Shown one piece after another: positions 8,320 to 17,384 of a stretch of 64,000 nt of DNA. Source of the DNA: a virus. Under the pieces are notes generated by a model. The model did not search any database. It saw nothing but the letters and a program-made list of their open reading frames with translations, and was not told the origin of the DNA. A program made the translations under genes and the position numbers. The DNA lies in the IMG/VR virus record IMGVR_UViG_3300036818_000127, positions 32,001 to 96,000 of that record. One strand, 5' to 3'. The stretch's first letter is position 1. Every line of letters begins with the position of its first letter.

Positions 8320-9749
8320 TGATCTAGTATCCTCTCCTGTATCGTCTTGGCTACCTTTTCCATCATCACAGGAGGCACTGCACGGCCAAGTCGCTCCCAT
8401 TGCTGTGAATAGGTCCCTGTCAGAATAAAATCATCTGGAAATGCACAGATCCTCTTCAGTTCAGCAATAGAAAATTTCCGCTTCTCAGTTGGATGGGTAA
8501 CGCCAGCAGCAGCAGCAGGTGACCATGCAGTGCCAGCAGTCTGGGTGACAGTAGGGCATGGGCCATCAAGGGGTGCTCGCTGTAGAGAGAAGTATTTTTG
8601 ACTCTGTTCTCCAGGCTTTAATTTATCCCATTCCCTGCCGATTGCAAACTTGCTAATATCAGATTCAGGCTCAACAATCTGTTCCTCTATCCAGTGTGTT
8701 CCTACTGATCCAGATAAAACTGTTGGGCTCGGCTGGTCAGTAATATCGCTGCCATTACCAAAGGCCCCGCGATCATCACGGATAGCACGGATAGGGACAT
8801 GCTGTTCCTCGATATACCATTGCTGCATTGTCGTCAAGGTCGGAGAGGGAGTATCTGTAATGTCCCCCTTGCTATATTGAGGTTGGCCTTTTGCATCATG
8901 GATCGCACGTACAGGAATAGCTTCAATAAGGCTAGAAGGGGAAAGCCCATTTCCAAATGCTGGACTTGCGCCAATAGTGCCGCTAGGTGAGGTGGATGTA
9001 TCTCTCCATCCCTCTGTCCCGAATACTGGTCCAGCGCCTTGTCTGATGATCCAGGGCAATGCCTCACGTACTGTATAGGTATAAGGAAGTGGAGCCGGAT
9101 GGGCTGGCCTTATCTTGTACTGCTCAACAAGATCATTTCTCACACCGACAAAGATAAGGCGTTGGCGCATCTGGGGGACACCGAGCCACTGCGCATCAAG
9201 GATCTTGGCCTCAACAGTATAGCCACATGATTTTAGTTCCTTCAGTATCTCTAGGAAGTAGCCTTTAGCTGTCCCCTTCACAAGCCCGCTCACATTCTCA
9301 GCAACAAATACCTTTGGCTGTAATCCCTTGAGAAGTCGTACATATTCAAAGAAGAGATCATCAACCCGCTGGCGCGTATCACTGTAATCCTTGACTTTGC
9401 CCCAGCTTGCCTCACGCTTTCCAGCAGTTGAGAATGATGCACAGGGAGGACTTCCTTCAAAGACATCAAGCTCACCCTGATTTAGATGTATAGCTTTTAA
9501 AATCTCATCTGGTTTTATTTTACGGATATCACGCGCATCAAGAATAGAATGAGGATGATTAGCTTTATAGGTATCTCGTGCTGCTGGTATAAATTCATTT
9601 GCCCAAAGAATACGGTACCCTGCAAGACGGAATCCAAGGCAACTTCCGCCACACCCTGAGAATGTACTTACAACATTACGGCCATTCCATGGTATTTGTT
9701 CTATTTCCCTCATTGAAGGGACTCTGTAAGGAGGCTTGTCTTTTATCAT
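8307..9749 (-). CDS. C5-cytosine DNA methyltransferase homolog, probable carboxymethyltransferase
   Basis: FSGCGG, GSPPC, ENV, QxRxR; motif X is GRAVPP (N to R); ATGA overlap with the ParB-like gene. Confidence 0.9.
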   Translation of the reverse strand: MIKDKPPYRVPSMREIEQIPWNGRNVVSTFSGCGGSCLGFRLAGYRILWANEFIPAARDTYKANHPHSILDARDIRKIKPDEILKAIHLNQGELDVFEGSPPCASFSTAGKREASWGKVKDYSDTRQRVDDLFFEYVRLLKGLQPKVFVAENVSGLVKGTAKGYFLEILKELKSCGYTVEAKILDAQWLGVPQMRQRLIFVGVRNDLVEQYKIRPAHPAPLPYTYTVREALPWIIRQGAGPVFGTEGWRDTSTSPSGTIGASPAFGNGLSPSSLIEAIPVRAIHDAKGQPQYSKGDITDTPSPTLTTMQQWYIEEQHVPIRAIRDDRGAFGNGSDITDQPSPTVLSGSVGTHWIEEQIVEPESDISKFAIGREWDKLKPGEQSQKYFSLQRAPLDGPCPTVTQTAGTAWSPAAAAGVTHPTEKRKFSIAELKRICAFPDDFILTGTYSQQWERLGRAVPPVMMEKVAKTIQERILDQCEQ

Positions 9750-10342
9750 TTCGGCTTTCCAGACCATTGATAGCTGCATTTTGGGCAACAGTATTCTGTA
9801 TCGATACCTTCATCATAGCTCTTGAAATCATCTGGTGATTCCCTGCCATCATCCTCCTCATCTAGATAGGCATCCCCGAGCTTTTCTAACATCTGGCGGA
9901 GTGCTTCCCCGTCCGTCCCGAGACTTGCAAGATCAAACCCCGCCTGCTCCTGTTCCTCTAAGAGCTGGGCCAGGGACAATTCATCTGGTTCAGCTTTATT
10001 CCCTAAGTGATTGTCGCTAACCATATAGCCTTTGGCGTCTAATATGCTCCACTCTGGAGGTGCGATAACAACAGCCCAGCTATTGAGGTGAGCATACTTT
10101 GCAGGGTTTTCTGCATACAGTTCTTTTGCTGCCTCAGTGATTCCATGACCAGCAAGGATAATGTACTGTTCCTCGCCGACAGCCTGCTGGACGACAATGG
10201 GGCGCACCTGCTTGTACCTCATAAGTGAGGCTTTTAGGTCTGCAATTTGAGCAGGTGGATGTTGATTGTAGTTGGCCGGATGACCTTCAAGGCTATCAAG
10301 GGTTACTCTTTTGAATTGGACCTCATTGCTTGTTGCAGGCAT
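9746..10342 (-). CDS. ParB/Srx N-terminal domain protein of the kind found in phage modification clusters
   Basis: HPANYNQH..QI..L.ASL, ILAGHG, SDN; C-terminal CPKC. Confidence 0.8.
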   Translation of the reverse strand: MPATSNEVQFKRVTLDSLEGHPANYNQHPPAQIADLKASLMRYKQVRPIVVQQAVGEEQYIILAGHGITEAAKELYAENPAKYAHLNSWAVVIAPPEWSILDAKGYMVSDNHLGNKAEPDELSLAQLLEEQEQAGFDLASLGTDGEALRQMLEKLGDAYLDEEDDGRESPDDFKSYDEGIDTEYCCPKCSYQWSGKPK

Positions 10343-10446
10343 GAATGTCTCCATTAAAACAAAAAGGACACTTTTCAACCTCATAGTATGAGGGAAAAGC
10401 GCCTGATGCATATTGCATTGTCTAAGCGTTATGTATTCTGTTTTTG

Positions 10447-10710
10447 TTAGTCTTGAGGCTGAGAAACTGCTACTCCGTTATACAAACCATACCTTTTACT
10501 TGGTCTTTTGTGTTTGTATGCTCTATTCGTTATGGAGTACGTCTTCGTACCCAGCCTCATCCCTTGGCCGTCATTCTGGAACTTAAATTCAACACGGCCA
10601 TGACCGCCCTCTCGCTCAATGAGGCGTTTACTGCTCTGGAGGTAGGCATACATCTCCAGGTCCTCATCGTTTGGTCCAGTCGGCAAGATTGAACTATTCT
10701 CTGAATCCAT
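10447..10710 (-). CDS. hypothetical protein
   Basis: ORF with RBS. Confidence 0.5.
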   Translation of the reverse strand: MDSENSSILPTGPNDEDLEMYAYLQSSKRLIEREGGHGRVEFKFQNDGQGMRLGTKTYSITNRAYKHKRPSKRYGLYNGVAVSQPQD

Positions 10711-10929
10711 TGTATCCTATTCTTCTATGCTATAGGGACAATTATTCTAATAACAATGTAACATACGTTCGATATATAAATCAAGTGGACAAGCGGACAT
10801 GACACAAAAGAAGGAAGGGGTTTACCTCTAGATACTGAAATGTGTTGAAGAAATCAGAACTACGAGGTAGTTAGGAAGTACTCGGCCACGTTTATAGTAG
10901 AATCCCCTCCTGTCATCATCATAACATAT

Positions 10930-12159
10930 CTATAGTCTTTTGTTCATCAGCAAATGGACCCTACTCTTTTCTGCTACAATTTTGGGTATATGTTTTTCTA
11001 GAGAGAGTACAGTGCCGTGCTTCTGGAAAATATATTCTGAAACATCCATGTGCTCAAATACATAGGGCTTAAATACTGTATCCGATAAGTCCTCAACAAA
11101 ATAAGCCTTACTAGGCAAGTTCTCAATAAGAAGAGTAAATAATGCAGCATAGACACCAACAATCACCTGCATGCATGTTCCATTTGTGCCATTGGCAGCA
11201 AAGTTGAGTGCTGAATTAAAGTAGTATACTTTTTTATCATCATAGTCCAAGATGACACCAATATTATCTGAACCATTGATAGGGATGAGTATATTATCAC
11301 CATGAACAAGATCTGCATGACTGACATGATGTTTCCTGCTATAGATGTCATCCATATAATCCATTGTCTTCATGTGGATGGCATAGATGAATTGAGAGGG
11401 GATATCATACTTTTGTGCAATAGATACATTTTCATCATGCAGGATAATAAGTCCTTGGGGATAGGCATCCAGTTTCATAATAGGAGAGAGAAGAGGCTCC
11501 ATATCCATTCTATGTTTCAGTCCATTAGGGAAAAGTTCTCTAAGCTGATCTCTTCCGAGCATTATCCCGCTAGGGCTGCTGACTGCCTCGACTAGGAACT
11601 CATGAATAGACCATGTGATCGTAGGCATCCATTTTTCCCGAGCAGTTGACGTATCATATTCAAAATGGATAACCTCTCGCGGGACCCCATATTTTTCAAT
11701 GCCATACTGCACCCACATATTCACAACCCCTGGATTCATTCCAGTACAGAGAATATGAGGGGCACCTGTAAGTACCTCTTTCCTATCATAGATATCACGA
11801 ATAAGCTCTAAGCAGGATTGGTCATCATTATTCATGCATGCATTGACATAAGAGACATGAGCCTTATTTGTTGCTTCTAGGATAGGAAGTGAATCAGCAT
11901 CAGTCAGGTCCAGAACGATATCAATATGATACCTTTCGAGAATAGCAACGTAGTCAGCATAATCTGAGGTAAGTTCTTTTTGTATAAATGTGTAATCTAG
12001 CTTCTTGTGGTCAAGGCGTGGATTAACAAGAACACCATTAGACATATCAAGAAGAACGACTGTACCAAACATCTCTCTATAGAAAGGCAGATAGAGAAGG
12101 ACTGCATTAGAGATACTTCCAGAAGCACCAAGCAGCAGTAGGTTTTTTATTCTACTCAA
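10930..12159 (-). CDS. homospermidine synthase / saccharopine dehydrogenase family protein
   Basis: N-terminal Rossmann LLLGASG, GMNPGVVN, EYDT, TWS..EF..E, HDE. Confidence 0.75.
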   Translation of the reverse strand: MSRIKNLLLLGASGSISNAVLLYLPFYREMFGTVVLLDMSNGVLVNPRLDHKKLDYTFIQKELTSDYADYVAILERYHIDIVLDLTDADSLPILEATNKAHVSYVNACMNNDDQSCLELIRDIYDRKEVLTGAPHILCTGMNPGVVNMWVQYGIEKYGVPREVIHFEYDTSTAREKWMPTITWSIHEFLVEAVSSPSGIMLGRDQLRELFPNGLKHRMDMEPLLSPIMKLDAYPQGLIILHDENVSIAQKYDIPSQFIYAIHMKTMDYMDDIYSRKHHVSHADLVHGDNILIPINGSDNIGVILDYDDKKVYYFNSALNFAANGTNGTCMQVIVGVYAALFTLLIENLPSKAYFVEDLSDTVFKPYVFEHMDVSEYIFQKHGTVLSLEKHIPKIVAEKSRVHLLMNKRL

Positions 12160-12374
12160 GAGCGTACCTTCTCCTTAATGATGCATGCTTCGATATCTTC
12201 TCTATTATAGAGTATTCGGTTACCGACAGGCTCAGTACGAACAGGATTTCTCTTCCTCTGTGATAGTCTCCTTATGTATTTTGGAGAGATCGGACGCTTA
12301 TATTTCAAGCTCAACAGTTCAGAGGCATCATGAGCAGAAATGTAGTCAGCAAGAGCGATGATTTTTCTTGGCAT
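12156..12374 (-). CDS. HTH DNA-binding protein (excisionase/MerR-like)
   Basis: YISAHDASELL...YIRRL...LYNREDI. Confidence 0.65.
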   Translation of the reverse strand: MPRKIIALADYISAHDASELLSLKYKRPISPKYIRRLSQRKRNPVRTEPVGNRILYNREDIEACIIKEKVRS

Positions 12375-12526
12375 GCAATGTATCTCCTGGCATATATCTA
12401 GCTCTTTCTAGTATATCACAAAAAAGAGGGGCCTAGGACACATAAAAGGCTTGACACAAGGAGTCCTAGGATGTAAAATGAGAGGGTCTAGGTACCGATT
12501 ATTTAAGATAATCAGTATCCAGACAA

Positions 12527-13549
12527 ATGGAGGTACTCATGGAATATGAAGTTATCCCTGTTCATTCCACTCTTGACCAAGTTGGGCAAAGTGAGAATGT
12601 CATCTCAGCAAACAATGCTTTTAAGGACTATCATGACAGGATAGACCCAAATACTTTTGCACGTCAAAGTTATGACATGGCACTCTTTTGCGCATTTATT
12701 GCAAGCAAGAAAGTGCTAGTAGACAAAGATGAGCTATTATCCAGTCCCAGAGCATGGTTAGATATCACTCACGGAATGATTGACAGCTTTGCAAAATGGA
12801 TGATAGAAGAAGGCTTTGCTATAGGCTCAATAAATATACGTTTATCTACTGTAAAGACGTACTTCAAGCTTGCTTCTAGAGCAGGCTATATTCAACCTGA
12901 TGAAGCAGTAAAAGCCCATTTTGTAAAAGGGTACAGCTACAAGCAAGGGCTAAACGTTGATGAACGAAGGGAGATAAAGCGCAAGGATAAGAGCAAGAAA
13001 GCTGAGCCCATACCATTAACAAAAGAGCAAACGGATCTACTTAAAAAGCATCCAAATACACCACAAGGGCGACGTGATGCCTTGCTTATGTGCTTGCTCT
13101 TAGATCATGGTTTACGATGTGGGGAGGTTGCAGACCTTACACGTGCCAATATTCAACTTACCTCTGGAATACTTACCTTTCATAGGGAGAAAACCAAAGA
13201 AGAGGATAAGCATAAACTCACGAATGATACATTGGTTGCCCTCATGAGGTACTTTGAAGTCTACCATCCAACTGGCAAGCTCATAGCTGGCAGCCATAGG
13301 AGCGGCCAACTTATGGGGGAAATGAGCAGAAGAGCCATAACTAAGCGTGTACAAGTCTTAGGGGAGCAGATACTTGGGATAAAGAATCTCTCAGCGCATG
13401 ATTGCAGACACGCTTGGGTGGAAGCTGCCATACGAGGGGGAACCAATATCAAGACGCTCCAACAAGCGGGTGGCTGGTCAAGTCCCGCTATGCCACTGAG
13501 ATACGCCGCAAAGGCTGAAATTTCAAATGAAGGAGTAAAACTAGGATGA
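12527..13549 (+). CDS. tyrosine recombinase/integrase
   Basis: HGLRCGE, K, HDCRH, GW, catalytic Tyr in PLRY. Confidence 0.92.
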   Translation: MEVLMEYEVIPVHSTLDQVGQSENVISANNAFKDYHDRIDPNTFARQSYDMALFCAFIASKKVLVDKDELLSSPRAWLDITHGMIDSFAKWMIEEGFAIGSINIRLSTVKTYFKLASRAGYIQPDEAVKAHFVKGYSYKQGLNVDERREIKRKDKSKKAEPIPLTKEQTDLLKKHPNTPQGRRDALLMCLLLDHGLRCGEVADLTRANIQLTSGILTFHREKTKEEDKHKLTNDTLVALMRYFEVYHPTGKLIAGSHRSGQLMGEMSRRAITKRVQVLGEQILGIKNLSAHDCRHAWVEAAIRGGTNIKTLQQAGGWSSPAMPLRYAAKAEISNEGVKLG

Positions 13550-13887
13550 ACCAACCAAATGATGACCGCTTCAAGAAGATAGAGGAACGCATTGACAAAC
13601 TGGAACAAGAGAATACAAAGAGCATAGAAGCTGAGCGGCTCCTGCTCCGGCTATCAAGGATGCATGACGTGAACGTAAAGGAACTGCTCGCCCTTTGCGG
13701 AAGGATCGATCTTGATACAGGAGATGCACGCGAGCGATTTGACGTGATTGAGAGGACTCTTTTCGATCATGGGAATAAGCTTGACAGAATAGAGGAACAC
13801 CAGTTCAAGCAAGATGACAGGCTTGGCAGGATAGAGGAATTGCTTGTACAGTTGGTTACTAGACTACCACAGCCAGAGGGGGAATAG
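13546..13887 (+). CDS. coiled-coil hypothetical protein
   Basis: Heptad-like repeats, ATGA overlap. Confidence 0.6.
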   Translation: MNQPNDDRFKKIEERIDKLEQENTKSIEAERLLLRLSRMHDVNVKELLALCGRIDLDTGDARERFDVIERTLFDHGNKLDRIEEHQFKQDDRLGRIEELLVQLVTRLPQPEGE

Positions 13888-14005
13888 GGAGATTGACAGA
13901 CTATCTAGTCTAAAATATACTTTTATTATCAAACAAAAGTACAGGTCCACCTAGCTCTTGTTTTGCCGCCAGAGAGAAGGCGGCAAATTTCTTGAAAGGA
14001 CAGCA

Positions 14006-14512
14006 ATGATTGATGAATTCCTAGAAAATGCTAAAAATGGAGAGCATGAGGCGCTGAGTGAGATCTATCGGCATTTCTTTCCTAAGATATTTCATTTTAT
14101 CCTAAAAAGGGTGGGTTTTCATGAAACAGCAGAAGATCTCACCTCAGAGGTTTTTATTCAAATGCTCAAACATATCCGTCTATTTAAATCAGAAAATGCT
14201 ATGGCGTTTCACAAGTGGCTTTATCAGATTGCGAGGGCAGTGATAGCAGAGCATTACAGAAAAAGAAAAGATATACTCTCACTTGAACAGAATGATGAGA
14301 GCATCTTCGATGAAATCGCCCAGCATGAGGCATGGCTGGATCTTGTCCAAGGAATCAACAAGCTCCAAGACTCGCACCGTCAACTCATTATCGACCGCTT
14401 TATTTTAGGGTATAATCAGGCAACCATCGCAAGGCTTACAGGAAAGAAAGAGGGTACAATTAGAGTAACTGAATATCGTGCAACACAAAATCTACGAAAA
14501 TTGATACGTTGA
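14006..14512 (+). CDS. ECF-family sigma-70 factor
   Basis: AEDLTSEVF, WLYQIAR, region 4 HTH. Confidence 0.9.
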   Translation: MIDEFLENAKNGEHEALSEIYRHFFPKIFHFILKRVGFHETAEDLTSEVFIQMLKHIRLFKSENAMAFHKWLYQIARAVIAEHYRKRKDILSLEQNDESIFDEIAQHEAWLDLVQGINKLQDSHRQLIIDRFILGYNQATIARLTGKKEGTIRVTEYRATQNLRKLIR

Positions 14513-14633
14513 GAAGGCGGGTTTTATTTTTTTGTTTCAAGAGAAAGCCGCTCGCAGGCAAAGTTGCCAGTACCACGAGCGGCCATATTGTGATCTCCCC
14601 AGACACAATAATATCAGGATACATTATAGCATA

Positions 14634-14780
14634 CTACCTTTTTAGGATGTCCTCTGGGATAGAGAACAGGCCGAGCTGGCCCCGACAGTAGATCTCAGGG
14701 TCTATCGGTCGGGCATTTTCCAGGACAAGCCCATAAGGGCCACAGAACCAAGGATCATCACTCTCTGTCACAGCAGTCGC
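14634..14780 (-). pseudogene. C-terminal remnant of an ASCH-domain gene
   Basis: Translates AVTESDDPWFCGPYGLVLENARPIDPEIYCRGQLGLF with no matching N-terminus. Confidence 0.6.
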
Positions 14781-14822
14781 ACCACACAAGCTCTCGTACA
14801 ATTTTTTCACAGATATCGCACT

Positions 14823-15047
14823 TCATAGTCCCTCACTTAGTACATTCTCTAGTACTAACTGTACTGCATTTTTCTTATCCCAGAGCTTCGCCAGCATACG
14901 GGCATGATCAGCTTTCTCTATAGCATCTGTCTCTTTTTGATAGAGACTCTCAACCCTCCTGATTTCATATTCATATACCCATAGCTGAGATCGAATAAGA
15001 TCCTCTAATGAAAATGGCATTACTGTTTCCTCCATGCCAAGTCCCAT
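14823..15047 (-). CDS. hypothetical protein
   Basis: ORF in operon. Confidence 0.5.
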   Translation of the reverse strand: MGLGMEETVMPFSLEDLIRSQLWVYEYEIRRVESLYQKETDAIEKADHARMLAKLWDKKNAVQLVLENVLSEGL

Positions 15048-15361
15048 TGTGTACTAAGAGTCTGCTTTACAAGATTATATGCATAGGGACTAGATCCGCC
15101 ATAGACCCAGAACCTTGAAAAGTGTACTGGTACCCATCGGCCTTCTTCATGGTCCCGACCAGCTAAGAAGTTTACCTCTGTCCCATACTCATCTATATAG
15201 TGGTACTGAGCGGGGAGTAGATAGGTGGAACTAAATTTCCTAGCTGCTGCCTGGAAACTCAGATGGAATCCGAGAGTTTCCAGTAGTGCGGTCACCTCCC
15301 TGACTGGAGGACATGTTCCACAAAATGCATCCAGATTAGCAAGGGTTGCTGTTTTGATCAT
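15020..15361 (-). CDS. hypothetical protein
   Basis: GGAGG RBS. Confidence 0.6.
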   Translation of the reverse strand: MIKTATLANLDAFCGTCPPVREVTALLETLGFHLSFQAAARKFSSTYLLPAQYHYIDEYGTEVNFLAGRDHEEGRWVPVHFSRFWVYGGSSPYAYNLVKQTLSTQWDLAWRKQ

Positions 15362-15369
15362 GGTACCTC

Positions 15370-15762
15370 CTATTCATCTCCGTGATAATCAGTTTCGTTG
15401 TAACATTCATAAGCACTAGACAAGTCACGTTCCCATGCTGCCTCATTAGCATCTTTCATATCCGCCAATGATACAGGACTTTCTGCTAGTTGCTCTTCTA
15501 TTCTATGAGTCAGATAGCCCATGAGAGCGGAGTCTATATGAAAATCATGTTGACTTCCATGCAACTCATCGTCCTCGAAGTCCTCTGGGGAACCATTATA
15601 GTCATTATAACTCTTCATGAGGGCACGACGGTCTTCTAGGGCGGGCACCGATTTCGTCAGATCAAAATCATTGCAACCGTGATTACTAAAGCTATCTGAA
15701 GCAAGCTTTAGGAGTTCTATGAGAAGCTTCGCCTCAGCATCGGTAAGTGTAATGTTATGCAT
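15370..15762 (-). CDS. hypothetical acidic protein
   Basis: RBS, operon. Confidence 0.6.
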   Translation of the reverse strand: MHNITLTDAEAKLLIELLKLASDSFSNHGCNDFDLTKSVPALEDRRALMKSYNDYNGSPEDFEDDELHGSQHDFHIDSALMGYLTHRIEEQLAESPVSLADMKDANEAAWERDLSSAYECYNETDYHGDE

Positions 15763-15765
15763 TGC

Positions 15766-16002
15766 TTACTCCTGCCTCTCAAAAGACCCTGTTTCAACAA
15801 AGCTTTGGAGGTATGGCAAAAGTGCTGCAACCTGCTCTCGCGAAAAGTGGGTAAAGGGCGCATGGAGGCTAATGTTGTCCTCTTCTCTTATCGCACACCG
15901 TAAAGAGTCTTTTTGTGCAACTATAGTGAATTTCTCATTATAGTTGGCTATAAAGGAAATGTACTGATCCCCAGTGGGGGAAACGCCTGTTTCAATGTTC
16001 AC
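15766..16002 (-). CDS. hypothetical protein
   Basis: ORF in operon. Confidence 0.5.
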   Translation of the reverse strand: MNIETGVSPTGDQYISFIANYNEKFTIVAQKDSLRCAIREEDNISLHAPFTHFSREQVAALLPYLQSFVETGSFERQE

Positions 16003-16078
16003 TTTGTTTCTCTTTTCTTGAGCCGTGATCTTTTTCTCCTGTGGGGCTTGTTAGGCCCCACTACTAACTAACTATCCT

Positions 16079-16510
16079 CTAGCTAAAATCAGAAGCACTG
16101 TAACGATGTATGGAAGTTGAACTTTCACATTCAAAACAGTAGTAAGTGTCATCTCCTGGAACCATATACATCCCGTGAGAATTGGATTGATTGTTCATAT
16201 CATCATTCCACTCGTCCCAATTCATAGCATGCCCACATTCAAACAGAACAGTACGATTGCCGAGTGGATTGCTCTCCCAAAACCTCCTGACTATGAGTCT
16301 CCCCTCTTCTATGCGGTCTAGCTCATTAGCAGTAAGTCTCATGCTGCTTGAGGATATCTCGCCCCGACTATCAGCACATACAATATGGATACCCTCTCGG
16401 GTAATCTCTGCAATGGTGGAGCTGACCTCCATAGTGCTCGTATTAAGGCTTTCACGAAGCCTCAAATACAAGATGCCTCTTTCAAAACTGATGATATGTC
16501 TCTCGTTCAT
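16079..16510 (-). CDS. hypothetical protein, possibly Zn-binding
   Basis: ECGH...CFEC. Confidence 0.55.
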   Translation of the reverse strand: MNERHIISFERGILYLRLRESLNTSTMEVSSTIAEITREGIHIVCADSRGEISSSSMRLTANELDRIEEGRLIVRRFWESNPLGNRTVLFECGHAMNWDEWNDDMNNQSNSHGMYMVPGDDTYYCFECESSTSIHRYSASDFS

Positions 16511-16516
16511 TTGTTC

Positions 16517-16714
16517 CTACTTTCCTGTAAATTTCACATTATACACATGAGGGCTCAAGATATTGACCTTTTGCTCAAGCCCATCTCTATCTATGAAAAC
16601 TACGATTTGAGTATCATATGCGCCAATCTTCACTTTTCCACCTAGAGAGAGGACTTTTCCACTCTCTTTGACATACCTTCCGGTCTGCGTGTATGATCCG
16701 TGTGTAATCCTCAT
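16517..16714 (-). CDS. hypothetical protein
   Basis: GGAG RBS. Confidence 0.55.
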   Translation of the reverse strand: MRITHGSYTQTGRYVKESGKVLSLGGKVKIGAYDTQIVVFIDRDGLEQKVNILSPHVYNVKFTGK

Positions 16715-16728
16715 TTTAGTTGCTCCCC

Positions 16729-16941
16729 TTATGACTCTCGAAGTGCTACTTCAATAGTCATCAAAGACTGAACCTGATGGTAGAGGTCCATACTTTTTGT
16801 ATGTGCTGCTACCCATCCATTTTTGTTGATTAAAGAGTCTGTTAGATCTCGCTGAAGATCTAATGCTTTGTTCAATGCTGAGATTGTATTGAGCAAGGAC
16901 AATCTCCCTACTCCTATTGATGAATCTATCCTATAAAACAT
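16729..16941 (-). CDS. hypothetical protein, paralog of 27074-27307
   Basis: SLLNTISAL.KAL motif. Confidence 0.55.
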   Translation of the reverse strand: MFYRIDSSIGVGRLSLLNTISALNKALDLQRDLTDSLINKNGWVAAHTKSMDLYHQVQSLMTIEVALRES

Positions 16942-16967
16942 TGATTTTTCCTTTACTGTTTCCTAAC

Positions 16968-17267
16968 TTACTGAATACGGGCAGAAAATCCGCGTTTCGC
17001 TGGGACATAGGTCAATGTCCATCCGCTTGAAGTAAAGAGATTTCTGATTGTCATATACTGACTTGCTGCTTCGCTAACTGTGAGATTGTATCTCTGAATG
17101 TAACTCTGATTTCCTCTCATAACCTCATGACAGATTGCTACCCAAGTGAGCCACTGCTGAAGATGTTTTTGACTCCAACTTCGTGTAAACTCTTTATGAT
17201 CTTTTGCTACCTCATACTCAAGCATTGATGTAACTGCTTCTTTGGTCCATGCTAATGGTGCTTTCAT
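16968..17267 (-). CDS. hypothetical protein, first gene after a repeated promoter
   Basis: RBS and promoter at 17321-17349. Confidence 0.6.
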   Translation of the reverse strand: MKAPLAWTKEAVTSMLEYEVAKDHKEFTRSWSQKHLQQWLTWVAICHEVMRGNQSYIQRYNLTVSEAASQYMTIRNLFTSSGWTLTYVPAKRGFSARIQ

Positions 17268-17320
17268 TTTGTTTTTCCTTTGCTATTTAACTAACTTGAT
17301 TAACTTCTTGATCTACTAGA

Positions 17321-17349
17321 AGTATATCATATCTTCCATAAACTGTCAA
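17321..17349 (-). promoter_or_regulatory. repeated sigma70 promoter TTGACAgtttatggaagatatg(c/a)TATACT
   Basis: Consensus -35, 17 bp spacer, -10. Confidence 0.85.
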
Positions 17350-17384
17350 GGGTTTGAAGGGCAATTTATGGAAGATATGCTCTT

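Noticed and set aside
14006-14512. ECF sigma as part of an RNA-guided dCas12f-sigma activation system
   Set aside because: No Cas12f/TnpB homolog is seen, and the sigma gene is 13 kb from the nearest array.
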